Origin: a virus
Length of the DNA stretch: 64,000 nt
Virus record (IMG/VR): IMGVR_UViG_3300027985_000978
Span: 17,680 to 81,679 of that record
Strand: one strand, 5' to 3'
Part shown: piece after piece, positions 1-10,176 of the stretch
Numbering within the stretch: position 1 is the first letter of the stretch
How the letters are laid out: each line of letters opens with the position of its first letter
Program-made: the position numbers and the translations under genes
The notes under the pieces: model-generated
What the model was told of the DNA's origin: nothing
The model's input: the letters and a program-made list of their open reading frames with translations, nothing else
The model's database searches: none

Positions 1-792
1 CGGATATGCAAACTCAAGAAATGATGTGCCGTAGTCTTGCGTTTCGATAGGCACGCGACGGTGCAGATCGTCATATAACGAATACTGTTTACCCGTCTGG
101 TTGAATGGCTCTTTAAAGATATTTGGTTGCCAGTACGGAACACGCAACGCCACCAGTTGCCACGGCTCAACTAATCGAACTTCCCCGCCGTTCACCTGTT
201 CTTTCAGGTATTCAGACGTATAGCCAGCACACTGACCGCCGCGCACGTACTCGCGTATATGCTGGGCCATCGTGTAATAGCTGGATTCGATATCGAACAC
301 GCCGCGCTTATTGTCTGCATAGGGCCGGATATAGTGCGTCCCAAAGGCAGCCATGATCTTACACCATGACGGTAAACCCTGATTTAACAGCACGCCCAGC
401 TCTGCCTGAAGGCTGGCCGCCAGCTCTTTGAATTCTGGTGTCTTGCTGGTGATTTCAAGAATATTTCCGGTCTGACTATCAACACTTAGCGCGTGTGATA
501 TGTGCATGTCCAGTGCGCCGGACAGAACCGGATCACAGACCATATCCTGAATAAGCCCGTACTTAGCAAAACGATCATCCGGCATCTTTTTATCTGCCAT
601 CCAATCCATTGTACCGGTTGCGCTGGTGGCGCTGTTACCGCTCGGATCAGTTGGCGTGTTATTTAGGCCATACATGACATTTGTACCGCCAGCCAGTAGC
701 GGCAATGACGGATCGTCTACATCGGCGGGGTTATACCCGCTAAAGGCTTGCTGAAATAAACTAACAAGCCCCTTTTTTGGTTTGTCTGCCAT
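1..792 (-). CDS. prt: Portal protein, P1 Prt homolog (5' part; runs off the window start)
   Basis: Not in the ORF track. The first ~110 codons read by hand from ATG at 792: MADKPKKGLV...MPDDRFAKYGLIQDMVCDPVLSGALDMHISHALSVDSQTG, resembling the P1 Prt N-terminus. Divergent from darB as in P1. Confidence 0.85.
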   Translation of the reverse strand, partial: MADKPKKGLVSLFQQAFSGYNPADVDDPSLPLLAGGTNVMYGLNNTPTDPSGNSATSATGTMDWMADKKMPDDRFAKYGLIQDMVCDPVLSGALDMHISHALSVDSQTGNILEITSKTPEFKELAASLQAELGVLLNQGLPSWCKIMAAFGTHYIRPYADNKRGVFDIESSYYTMAQHIREYVRGGQCAGYTSEYLKEQVNGGEVRLVEPWQLVALRVPYWQPNIFKEPFNQTGKQYSLYDDLHRRVPIETQDYGTSFLEFAYP

Positions 793-924
793 CAATCCCC
801 CACGGGTTGAGGCTAGGTGCAATCGGGCGAATTGCTAAGGACGGGAGCCGACTGTCAAGATCCACCAGCCGAACTGATTAGGATGATAGCATTAATGAAC
901 CTGTCAACGTAAAAAGGGCATTAA

Positions 925-3900
925 ATGAACGCTATCGTAAGCAAGGCGGTTGCGTCTGTAATAGCGGCTCGAACACTTGAGCAGCTGTTAGGGACGTATG
1001 ACGCGCTATTTCCATTACTCCACCAGCAGGACGAACCAGCGCCAGTGTTTGGCGTAGAAAAACAATCTGGTGTATCCATCGAACGAACACGAAAAGAAGC
1101 GAACGCGGCGGCGCAAGCTATTCTGAAGCGTGTCGGAACCGATCACACGTTACTGACCGAAGAAGACAAAGCTGTTCTACGCCAGTATTCAGGGTTAGGC
1201 GGGATTGGTGGCTCTATCCATGAATACTACACGCCGCAATGGGTGGCCGAAGGCATTTGGGACGCTATGGCCGCCAATGGCATGGGTGCGGGTAACTTCT
1301 TGGAACCGTCAGCCGGTGCGGGTGTTTTCCACGGAACCAAACCACGCGGCGCAATCATGACCGCAACCGAAATCGATCAAACCAGCTCACAGATCAACCA
1401 GCTGTTACACCCTGAAGATCGCGTCAACAATTCATCCTTTGAAACGCTGGCTGTCAGTTCTGAAGATGGAACGTGGGACGGTGTAGTGGGTAACGTTCCT
1501 TTCGGTGAAACTCGCGGTAGTTATGGCGCACTCGATCCAGAATACGCGCATGTAAAGTATGTCGATGCGTATTTTGTCACTCGTATGCTGGACAAAATCA
1601 AAGCCGGTTCGATGATGTGCGTAGTAGTTCCAATGCGTATCGTGTCCGGCGCAAAATTTAAAGCGTTCCGCAAAGAAATATCTCTCAAGGGCGAATTCTT
1701 AGGTGCACACCGTTTGCCGTCTGGAACGTTCAGCAACAACGGAACGGATACCGCCACAGATATTCTTGTCATGCGTAAGCATCCAGAAGAGTTTTCAGAT
1801 TTGGTGAACTCACGAAAAACCACCGATCTGAAAGCGGCTAACGTGTTATGGGATACATTCATCAATGGCAAATGGTTTGAGACCTCCGAAGGGAAACGTT
1901 TTATCCACGGTGAACAATCTACAACCGGATCAGGAAAGTTTGCCCGTGAAGTAGTTGATCGGGGAAATATCACTAATGCACAGATCAAAGAGAAATTAGC
2001 GCACAAGTTTGAAAGCCGTATTGATTGGTTATCACTGGAACTGTCAGAACCAGTTGCGCCGGTTTACGGTGAAGGTGACGAACGCCTGATTAATGGCCGC
2101 TGGAACCGTCTTGTCAATGGTCAATGGCAGGTTATTTCCCTGACTGCAAGCGACGGTGACACAATCGACGCGGGAACGTATGGCGTGAACTCTATCAGCC
2201 AGCTAACCACCATGATTAATCAATCCCCACTGAATGCACTGGAACTGTCATACGATCAAGTTATGGCTGTTGCGCGTGACTTCCCACGGGTGACAGAAGG
2301 CGTGATCGCTGATGCTATTAAACTTGCGAACGCACAAGATCCGAAGTATCGAGAGCGCATTATCCGTGGCGTGCTGATTGGTCAGCGTATCCGCGACATG
2401 AACGACGAAGTGAACCAGACCGGCATAATTCCGATTGCTACCGCAGCTGAATTGCGCGACTTGGTGAACAACGAGATCGGAAAATATGGTGTTTCAGCTG
2501 GTGATAAGAAGATCGCAGCGCTAACCGGTGGCACTTCTGCCGCTGGCGCATGGAACCAGTTTGTTAGTGCAACGGATATCAACGGCAAATTCTCTGCCCT
2601 GCTTACCGGTACACTGCAACGCGGGGACACGAAAGCCTTTGATGATACCGACGCATCCCAAACTGTCGCCTATTTGTTCGGTCAATTAAACCTGAACCCT
2701 GTCGATTTAAGCGACTTTAACGATCTGTACCGTGGCGCAACTCCACCTACCCTGTCAGACCTTGCCAAAGTATCCGGTATCGCTATCACACCAGACGGCA
2801 TGTTAGCGCCAATGGATCGGGCAACGTGCGGAAATGTCGTTGAAACAACCAACAAACTGATCGCAGCAATGGCAACCACCAGCGATCCGGCGATTCTCAG
2901 TAACTACCAAGCGCAGTTAGACATGATTAACAAGCGCCGTAAGTGGTCTAAAGTCGATGACATTGAGATCACCATGTCTGCTAAATGGCTGCCGCGCCGC
3001 TATGCGCTCGATTTCCTGAAAGAAGTCGGTTATGAGGCTTTTGAATACTCAAAAGTGACCGACGTTGACGGCGAACTGGTTGATGACAAGGAATACAACG
3101 GCTTTGATGGTGTCTTCAGTGGCTACGGTATCCGTGATGGGAAAAAGCGCTCAAACCAAAACGAGCAGTTTGAACGCCAGTTAGAGAACTATCTAAACGG
3201 GGTAACAGTTCGATCCAGTGATGCTGCCGCAGCTGCCGGTTATCGCGCCCGTATTGCTGATATCGAGAAGCGTTTTGCAATCTGGATTCGCCAGCATGAT
3301 GACGTTCAGAAACTAACCGATCTCTACAATGACAAATTCAATGGATACGTCCCATTTGATCATCATGATGGTGATTTAGAGCTAGGGGACGATTACCTGT
3401 CCGGTAAAGTTGTGCCGTTCGGTTATCAGTGTTCTGGCGTGCGCCGTCTGTCTGAAGATGGGCGCGGGATTCTGGCGTTTGATACCGGCCTTGGTAAAAC
3501 TGCATCTGCCCTGTCGCTGGTGGCGTATAACACGAAGCTGGGCCGCGCTAAACGTACTGCAATCGTCGTCCCGCTGGCTGTGTTCGAGAACTGGTATCAC
3601 GAAGCAAAAACAGTTTATAGCGCAAAATTCTTTGAACAGTGTTTGTTTGCTGGCATTGAACCGGTACACACTCAAGACGGCATGATTGAGCAGGAAGCCG
3701 TACTGGATGACGAAGGCAACCCACGAACCGGCGCGAACGGTGAACCACTGACCCGCGATAAGCTCCGCCAGCTGTCCGGCGCTGAAATCACAGCACGCAT
3801 GAACTCAATTCCGCAAACAAACAAAGCTGTCGTTGTCATGACTAAAGAGCAGTTTGCATCTATTCCTATGCGCCCTGAATCAATCGAAGCGCGTTCAGAA

Positions 3901-6900
3901 AAGATGGTGGACTTGGGTATTGATTCCGGCAAGCTGCAAGCAATGGCTAAGAACCACACGCAAGCCATGAAAAAAGAGCGTGCCAAGGAAAAAGCCGCTG
4001 ACACTGGAACCCTGAAAAAGCTCGATATTCCTTACTTCGAAGATATGGGATTCGATAACGTCGTGATCGACGAAGGCCATAACTACCGGAACAGCTACAA
4101 GGCAGGCCGCGAAAGCAGCAAACTTGCTTATTTGCCAACGGCGCAATCAGCAAAAACAGCTATCGATCTGGCGGTTAAATCTGACTATCTGCGCAACAAG
4201 TACGACGGGCGCGGCGTCACCTTGCTGACCGCAACCCCAACGGTGAATAGTCCGATCGACATTTTCAACATGCTCTCTCACGTATTAAGCCCTGAAGAAT
4301 GGCAGGCTTACGGTATCTATGACGCTGACGACTTTGTGAAAGTATTCGGGGAAACCGAAGAAGTCATGGTGCAGAAACTATCCGGCCAAGTTGAGAACAA
4401 GCAAGGCTTAACAGGGTTTAAAAACTTAACCGGCCTACGCTCACTCTTCCACCGCTGGGTAAATCTGAAAGACGCTAAATCAGTGTCAGATACGGTCAAA
4501 ATCCCTGAACTGGACGAGCAGAAAACTGAAGCGCCAATGACTGAAGAACAAGCGCAAATCTATGAAACATTGCGTAAACGCGCCGAAGACCTTAGTCACG
4601 CTAAAGCATTAGGCATTGTCGAAACAGACGAAAACGGCTGGCCGATCCCTGAAGATTCTATCTTTGCCATTATTCGAGACATGGATCGCGTCTGTACTGA
4701 TACTGACTTGTATTACAAGACTATGACGTTCCGATTCCCAGCAAACAAGCTGGAAGAGGTTAAGCAGCTGGCCGCCGATTTACCCACTTCAAAAACTATC
4801 AAAGCAACTGCCAGTGACAAAGAGGATGAAGAGGCCGACACGGAAAGTTTAACCACGGATAGCGGCGCTAAAATCACCCCCGACGAGCACGCGGTTACAT
4901 TGGTTGTTCACGAAGCGTTTGAAGATGAAGTCATGAAGCGACTGAAAAAGTTCGGACTTGATAAGAAAGACGTTTCACACCCCGTTACACCAAAATATGC
5001 GCGTCTGTTGGAAAACCTGAAAAATGCCTATGAGAACGGCGGCAAACAGATCATCTTCACTGAAGAAAAGAGCCAGCATAACAAGTTAGAGCGCATCATT
5101 GCGCATCACTTGGGGATTCCATCTGAAGAAATCAGCATCATCAATGCTGCCACCGTCAAGGGTAAAGGATCTGAAGATGATTTACGCGGATTAGAACTGA
5201 TTGGTGCAGCCTTCAACGAAGGCAAAGTAAAAATCCTGATCTGTAACAAAAAAGCCGAAGTGGGCGTGAACTTGCACCACGGCACAACTGATATCCATCA
5301 CCTGACCTTGCCTTGGACACCTGCAAGCATTAAGCAGCGTAACGGGCGCGGCGCTCGCGTGGGTTCAAAGCAAGACAAGGTGCGCGTCTGGTATTACGTG
5401 GGTAAAGGTTCGTTTGATGAATTCCGCTTAGAAACACTGAAACACAAGGCGAACTGGCAAAATGAACTATTCACCTCCGATGCGGAACGCATGAAAAATG
5501 CCGACGCAGACGATGGCGCAGAAGCATCTTTGCTACTGGCTCAAGACCCTGAACAGCGTAAAGCGCGTATCGCAGAGAACCAGCGTAAAGCTGAAGAGAA
5601 GATCAAACAGGCGGCAATAATCCGCGCCAATATCGACCTGCACAACTTCCTGAAAGCGGCGCATGATGCAGCTGGCGATCCTGAAGTGGTAGCCCGTGAT
5701 TTAGAGCAGGCCAAGGCATTAATGGCAACGCTAAACCGGACGTATCAGAACGCGGTAAATAACGCCAATCAAAACCGTGAATATGCAGCTGAGTCTACTA
5801 CCATGAAAGACTGGTATCTCAGAAATGCAAAAGACTATGATCGAAAAGCTAAAGCCGCTCTGCCTAAGCTGAACAGCGCCCGAAAAGACGTTGCACGCTT
5901 AGAGCGTCAGTCTACCCGTATCGCTTCAGCCACCAGCACAATGAAACGCTTACGGCCTGAACTGGAACGCGCCCAGCGTGACAACCTGTTAGAGATCACC
6001 AGTGACCTGTTAGACAACGGTAGCCAATACCTGACAGACGGCAAGAAACTAATCAAGGCTGGAAGCATCTATAACAGCGTATCCGGTGGCAAAATTGCGC
6101 GTGTCGAATCATTCAACTTTGACACCAAATCAGCCGAAGTCACGTTGCTGTACCTGAAGGGCGAATACCAAAGCAGCAAGTTAAATACGACGACTTGGTG
6201 GGGGCTTGAGATTTTCGGCAACGAAACCAGTATCAGCATGTCCGAGATAGAAAAACTTCAGAAAATGATGAGCTCACTGGATCTGACCAAAGCGGTTGAG
6301 TTACTGGATAAAGCCGAGTTCAGCGAATACTTACAAGATGGAACACTGACGCTAACCGGTAGCGGTTATGTTTTTTATGATGATGAAGCTGGGTTCCAGT
6401 ATGAATCGTCGTACAGGATGGATAAGAAAGACCTGTCAAAAGTCATCTATCCAGATCCAAAAGATGAAGCGCTGAAGGCGAAAATGGCCGCGTGGCTGTT
6501 GAAAGATCGCAGCATGTTAAGCGACTACCGCTCCGAATATAACTGGATCAAGGCGGTATTCGGTGACAAGCCAACTCAGGCGGTGGAGAACTACGGGGTT
6601 AAAGCGCCAGAGCAAGTCATTAATGAGTGGCTGGCAGGCCGTATGAAAGCCTACAAGGATGCAGCTGACACACAAGGCGAATTGGAGAAACTGAACCGGC
6701 TTGAATCTAATGTTTATGGATGGAGTTTTGATTCATTCGCATGGCGAAACATGGAAACCCCGCCAGAATATCAGAATATCAGTGACTTTGAGGCTGCCGT
6801 TCAGCGTGGTAAAGAGATCCTGAAGTCTGAAGCCAAGACACTGACTGATGCAGCACAGGCGCGTGCAGCGACGAAATGGCAGGCGAAATGGACGATTGCA

Positions 6901-7638
6901 GAATCTCAGACACCAGACCAGCGAAAAGACCGCCTGAACTGGTTAGATCTGCAACTCAAAAACGCCAGTTCCGCTTACACCAAATCCAAGGAACTGATCA
7001 AAGAAGCTGACACCCCATACACTGAAGACGGCGAATTTAACCTTGCGCTGGTGGTCAGTGATCTGAAGGCTGTCGGTTTCCTTGAGCGTGACCCGTCCGA
7101 GTTCACCCCTAAAGTGCTGATCGCTCAATTCCAGAGTGCGGCATTAGGGATTAACAGTTACAGCAACAAGGGCAAGATCTTTAACTGGATACTGGAACTG
7201 GAAAGCTCAAAAATCCCAGCACCGGAACCAGTGAAAGAGGACGCCCAGCCGGAACCGGAACCAGCCAAGGAAGAGGAAAAAACGGCGGCTGAAACAGTTG
7301 TCAAAGCAGTGAAGCAAACCGGCGAACTACCGCAGATTGGTAAATTAATCATGCGCGTGAACACTAAATCGTTCACAACTGGCGGCGGCAAATATAAATC
7401 CCGTGGCGGCTGGCGTACTTCCCCTACTCGCACAATGGAAGTGGGCGAATGGATTGGCATTCAAGATCCTGAAGCGTTTGAAGGTGTTCTGTATAAAAAC
7501 AAGGATACGCTCAAGAAACGGATCGGCATGGAAAATACAATCTTTGCTAAAAATGCGTCGTCTGAATATCCTGATGCGTGGTGGTTCATCCCAGCTGATA
7601 CCGACCCAGCATTACTAACTGAAATCTTAGGGAGCTAA
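925..7638 (+). CDS. darB: DarB antirestriction head protein (adenine methyltransferase + SNF2-like helicase)
   Basis: 2237 aa. MTase motifs LEPSAGAG and GNVPF; SF2 motifs DTGLGKT, DEGH, TATP, QRNGRGAR. Lies between prt and ulx as in P1. Confidence 0.93.
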   Translation: MNAIVSKAVASVIAARTLEQLLGTYDALFPLLHQQDEPAPVFGVEKQSGVSIERTRKEANAAAQAILKRVGTDHTLLTEEDKAVLRQYSGLGGIGGSIHEYYTPQWVAEGIWDAMAANGMGAGNFLEPSAGAGVFHGTKPRGAIMTATEIDQTSSQINQLLHPEDRVNNSSFETLAVSSEDGTWDGVVGNVPFGETRGSYGALDPEYAHVKYVDAYFVTRMLDKIKAGSMMCVVVPMRIVSGAKFKAFRKEISLKGEFLGAHRLPSGTFSNNGTDTATDILVMRKHPEEFSDLVNSRKTTDLKAANVLWDTFINGKWFETSEGKRFIHGEQSTTGSGKFAREVVDRGNITNAQIKEKLAHKFESRIDWLSLELSEPVAPVYGEGDERLINGRWNRLVNGQWQVISLTASDGDTIDAGTYGVNSISQLTTMINQSPLNALELSYDQVMAVARDFPRVTEGVIADAIKLANAQDPKYRERIIRGVLIGQRIRDMNDEVNQTGIIPIATAAELRDLVNNEIGKYGVSAGDKKIAALTGGTSAAGAWNQFVSATDINGKFSALLTGTLQRGDTKAFDDTDASQTVAYLFGQLNLNPVDLSDFNDLYRGATPPTLSDLAKVSGIAITPDGMLAPMDRATCGNVVETTNKLIAAMATTSDPAILSNYQAQLDMINKRRKWSKVDDIEITMSAKWLPRRYALDFLKEVGYEAFEYSKVTDVDGELVDDKEYNGFDGVFSGYGIRDGKKRSNQNEQFERQLENYLNGVTVRSSDAAAAAGYRARIADIEKRFAIWIRQHDDVQKLTDLYNDKFNGYVPFDHHDGDLELGDDYLSGKVVPFGYQCSGVRRLSEDGRGILAFDTGLGKTASALSLVAYNTKLGRAKRTAIVVPLAVFENWYHEAKTVYSAKFFEQCLFAGIEPVHTQDGMIEQEAVLDDEGNPRTGANGEPLTRDKLRQLSGAEITARMNSIPQTNKAVVVMTKEQFASIPMRPESIEARSEKMVDLGIDSGKLQAMAKNHTQAMKKERAKEKAADTGTLKKLDIPYFEDMGFDNVVIDEGHNYRNSYKAGRESSKLAYLPTAQSAKTAIDLAVKSDYLRNKYDGRGVTLLTATPTVNSPIDIFNMLSHVLSPEEWQAYGIYDADDFVKVFGETEEVMVQKLSGQVENKQGLTGFKNLTGLRSLFHRWVNLKDAKSVSDTVKIPELDEQKTEAPMTEEQAQIYETLRKRAEDLSHAKALGIVETDENGWPIPEDSIFAIIRDMDRVCTDTDLYYKTMTFRFPANKLEEVKQLAADLPTSKTIKATASDKEDEEADTESLTTDSGAKITPDEHAVTLVVHEAFEDEVMKRLKKFGLDKKDVSHPVTPKYARLLENLKNAYENGGKQIIFTEEKSQHNKLERIIAHHLGIPSEEISIINAATVKGKGSEDDLRGLELIGAAFNEGKVKILICNKKAEVGVNLHHGTTDIHHLTLPWTPASIKQRNGRGARVGSKQDKVRVWYYVGKGSFDEFRLETLKHKANWQNELFTSDAERMKNADADDGAEASLLLAQDPEQRKARIAENQRKAEEKIKQAAIIRANIDLHNFLKAAHDAAGDPEVVARDLEQAKALMATLNRTYQNAVNNANQNREYAAESTTMKDWYLRNAKDYDRKAKAALPKLNSARKDVARLERQSTRIASATSTMKRLRPELERAQRDNLLEITSDLLDNGSQYLTDGKKLIKAGSIYNSVSGGKIARVESFNFDTKSAEVTLLYLKGEYQSSKLNTTTWWGLEIFGNETSISMSEIEKLQKMMSSLDLTKAVELLDKAEFSEYLQDGTLTLTGSGYVFYDDEAGFQYESSYRMDKKDLSKVIYPDPKDEALKAKMAAWLLKDRSMLSDYRSEYNWIKAVFGDKPTQAVENYGVKAPEQVINEWLAGRMKAYKDAADTQGELEKLNRLESNVYGWSFDSFAWRNMETPPEYQNISDFEAAVQRGKEILKSEAKTLTDAAQARAATKWQAKWTIAESQTPDQRKDRLNWLDLQLKNASSAYTKSKELIKEADTPYTEDGEFNLALVVSDLKAVGFLERDPSEFTPKVLIAQFQSAALGINSYSNKGKIFNWILELESSKIPAPEPVKEDAQPEPEPAKEEEKTAAETVVKAVKQTGELPQIGKLIMRVNTKSFTTGGGKYKSRGGWRTSPTRTMEVGEWIGIQDPEAFEGVLYKNKDTLKKRIGMENTIFAKNASSEYPDAWWFIPADTDPALLTEILGS

Positions 7639-7641
7639 AGA

Positions 7642-8064
7642 ATGATTTCTGAAACGATTATCCCAACCGCTGAAGACATGACCCCTTTGATGGAAGAGGC
7701 GTTAGCAGACGGGCGAACAGAAGAGGAATTTATCAGCGCGTTTACGGGTGGCCTATTGGCTACCCTTAAAGCTGACCCGCGCCAGTATCGCAGCTATGGG
7801 CCGTACTGGTGGCCGTTGAAATCTATGCTGATTGATGCCGGTTATGCTGGCGTTTTTGGCTCAGAACTTGAACAGGGAACGTTGCAGCATTACACGCTTG
7901 ATTCACAAGCTATGACACTGGCGGCGGCATGGGCCTATCAGCAATACCAGATCGGTGAAGGCAAATTGAGAACATCGAGCCACCAGTTAGAAATGGAAGA
8001 CGGCGAAACATACGAATATGAGTTAGCCGACACGGAAATGGAAATGTTTATCAGCAATCGCTAA
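7642..8064 (+). CDS. ulx: Ulx homolog (DarB incorporation helper)
   Basis: 140 aa with KADPRQYRSYGPYWWPLK, matching the recalled P1 Ulx motif PRLYRSYGPYW; directly after darB. Confidence 0.85.
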   Translation: MISETIIPTAEDMTPLMEEALADGRTEEEFISAFTGGLLATLKADPRQYRSYGPYWWPLKSMLIDAGYAGVFGSELEQGTLQHYTLDSQAMTLAAAWAYQQYQIGEGKLRTSSHQLEMEDGETYEYELADTEMEMFISNR

Positions 8065-8069
8065 CCCTC

Positions 8070-8099
8070 AAGCCCTGATATCTAAATCAGGGCTTTTTT
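8070..8099 (+). terminator. Intrinsic terminator after darB-ulx
   Basis: AGCCCTGAT/ATCAGGGCT stem followed by a T run. Confidence 0.8.
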
Positions 8100-8109
8100 A
8101 CGCCCCCTA

Positions 8110-8151
8110 TTGTAATTCATGTCTGATATGAATTAATATCTACCCAATGGG
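8110..8151 (+). promoter_or_regulatory. Sigma70-type promoter with two palindromic operators
   Basis: TTGTAA-18-TAATAT. Palindrome AATTCATGTCTGATATGAATT (8114-8134) and TACCCAATGGG (8141-8151); both recur at 53419-53466 and 56200-56246. Confidence 0.65.
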
Positions 8152-8203
8152 CGTATTAATCGCCTTCCCACACATCAAGAAGCGGATTAACGGGGAGTTA
8201 CAC

Positions 8204-9001
8204 ATGAGCACACAAACAACCAAAGACCTTTTAAAGTCTGCCTTAGATTCAGCCGTTGCAACCATCGAAGCACGCGCCAAAGCACGCATGACCAAATGGA
8301 TCAAAGCTTGTGCAGCACTAAACGATGATTTAGAGCCGACTGTTGATAGCCTTGGCCGTCTGCACGCGCCTTGTAACGGTTATGAGTATGACGATCATAG
8401 CTACCAGAAAGGCGAATTTATTCACACTCCGCCTGAAGTGTACGAAGCGTTGATCGAAGAAGGTTTCATCATCAATGTTAGACAGCGTGACGAATTCCCG
8501 CACAAATTCAAAATCAAAGTGACCAGCAAGATCACTGAAGAACTGAAAGAGCTTTCAGCTAACTATCACTTTAAATGTTCATTCGGCAAAAGCTGGGAAG
8601 ACGGCGATAACAAGATCTGTTACGCCTACATTGAAACGGTAAACCCTGCTTATCAGCAAGAGTTGGAAAAGGCCATTACTGCCGCTATGAAAGGCATTGA
8701 AGGCCAAGTGGTGAAAGGTGATGCGCCAGCAGGAAAACAGACTGTAACAGGCCGTGTCGCCTGCATTAAACTGGAACCTAACCCATACGGCTATCGCGCC
8801 CAACCAACCCCAAAAGTGTTCGTAATTCTTGAGAATAACGCCACGGTTTACGGGACGTTACCCAGCAGCCTTTATGAAGCTGAATCAGGCACACTGATCA
8901 CATTTACCGCTACATTCGAGCACGCCAAGAATGACAGCACTCATGCCTATTTCAAGCGCCCAACTAAAGCGCAAATTATCAGCCAGCCAGAAACTAAATA
9001 A
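8204..9001 (+). CDS. Hypothetical phage protein, probable C-terminal OB-fold
   Basis: RBS GGGGAG before ATG 8204. Beta-rich C-terminus (QTVTGRVACIK...VYGTLPS...ITFTATF...YFKRPT). Confidence 0.65.
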   Translation: MSTQTTKDLLKSALDSAVATIEARAKARMTKWIKACAALNDDLEPTVDSLGRLHAPCNGYEYDDHSYQKGEFIHTPPEVYEALIEEGFIINVRQRDEFPHKFKIKVTSKITEELKELSANYHFKCSFGKSWEDGDNKICYAYIETVNPAYQQELEKAITAAMKGIEGQVVKGDAPAGKQTVTGRVACIKLEPNPYGYRAQPTPKVFVILENNATVYGTLPSSLYEAESGTLITFTATFEHAKNDSTHAYFKRPTKAQIISQPETK

Positions 9002-9013
9002 GGGGATCGCATC

Positions 9014-9571
9014 ATGGCAGTATTTATTTATCAGGAAGGCGATCATCCTCGCGGCTTCATCGGTGCAAGGGTAGCTACTACCCTTGGCAATGGTGAATAT
9101 TCGCAGATGTATTTTTCAGCTACATCCGTGTCGCTTAGTTTAGCCAAAGAACGCGCTGACGCTAAAAACAATGAATTAAGATCACAAGCTGAACTCAACA
9201 AGAAAACCGCCCGACTTGAGAAGACAGACAACACCGGCACGATTGCCGGAAACCTCCGCGCTATCATCAAGTGTGATGTGGAGCGCCTAGCCACCGGCAC
9301 AACCAAATATGTCTATCCGGCTTTTGTTGTTGGTTCTGGCAAATCCAAGAGAATTCCTATCGGCAATAAATACACGCTCGATGAAGCCTTTGCGCTGGCC
9401 GTTGATGAATACTGCAAGCGATACGAATACGACGACGAAGCCAAACAGGAACTATTGAGCCGCAAACCATCCAAAGAACTGTTTACCAACTGCCTGTATA
9501 ACGGCGCAATCAAAAACGGGATACCAGTTAACTTTAACGACCTATGCAAAAGATTAAACAAGGGGGATTGA
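9014..9571 (+). CDS. Hypothetical protein, possibly AP2-like DNA-binding
   Basis: 185 aa ORF with RBS AGGGGA, operonic; the functional guess is weak. Confidence 0.55.
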   Translation: MAVFIYQEGDHPRGFIGARVATTLGNGEYSQMYFSATSVSLSLAKERADAKNNELRSQAELNKKTARLEKTDNTGTIAGNLRAIIKCDVERLATGTTKYVYPAFVVGSGKSKRIPIGNKYTLDEAFALAVDEYCKRYEYDDEAKQELLSRKPSKELFTNCLYNGAIKNGIPVNFNDLCKRLNKGD

Positions 9572-9574
9572 ATC

Positions 9575-9859
9575 ATGGGATTATCAGTAGTACAGCGCGA
9601 CACACTTGAAATTATGTATCTCATTCGCCAGCAGATCGGAGATAAGCCGATCCCATCCATGAAGCTGTTAGAGATCCTGAACGACACACGCTCACACCGC
9701 GTACTGCCGCAAAATTTCCGCACGTCCTGTCATACGCTGGCACGACATGAACTGATTGCGCTCACACGGCATGAAACCAGCCTTAAACTATCCTTTGCAC
9801 TCACTAAAAAGGGACTGAAACAAGCTGAAACAATCCACCAGCAAAGGAGTCCTGAATAA
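9575..9859 (+). CDS. Small winged-helix DNA-binding protein
   Basis: 94 aa. NFRTSCHTLARHELI...FALTKKG fits a wHTH recognition helix and wing. Confidence 0.6.
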   Translation: MGLSVVQRDTLEIMYLIRQQIGDKPIPSMKLLEILNDTRSHRVLPQNFRTSCHTLARHELIALTRHETSLKLSFALTKKGLKQAETIHQQRSPE

Positions 9860-10056
9860 TGGCTATCCAGTTCAGAAAGCGCGTGCGACTGTTGCCGTTC
9901 CTATGGCTCAATCTTGGCAAAACGGGCGTATCATTCACCCTTGGGGTGAAGCCTATCTTTTTCACTTTCAGTAAGCGTGGGATCGGCTTTAGTGCATCCC
10001 TGCCGCGTACCGGTCTAAGTTATCGAAAACAACTCACCAGAAGAAAACCACAATAA
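9859..10056 (+). CDS. DUF4236-like small basic protein
   Basis: FRKRVRLLPFLWLNLGKTGVSFTLG...GLSYRK pattern. Confidence 0.65.
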   Translation: MAIQFRKRVRLLPFLWLNLGKTGVSFTLGVKPIFFTFSKRGIGFSASLPRTGLSYRKQLTRRKPQ

Positions 10057-10071
10057 TTTCACTACATATTG

Positions 10072-10101
10072 TTGACGGGTGCGATATGGGTGCGATATAT
10101 T
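10072..10101 (+). promoter_or_regulatory. Promoter with tandem 11-bp direct repeat in the spacer
   Basis: TTGACG-18-TATATT, with GGGTGCGATAT twice (10077-10098). Confidence 0.65.
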
Positions 10102-10176
10102 CAAATCGTACTCATTGAGTACCTACTAATTTAAGACGCCAGCCAATACCGGCAAGGCATAAAAAGGAGTTCAACC

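Noticed and set aside
123-356. 77-aa plus-strand ORF and the many short antisense ORFs in the track
   Set aside because: They lie opposite or inside recognisable phage genes and lack RBS or family motifs.
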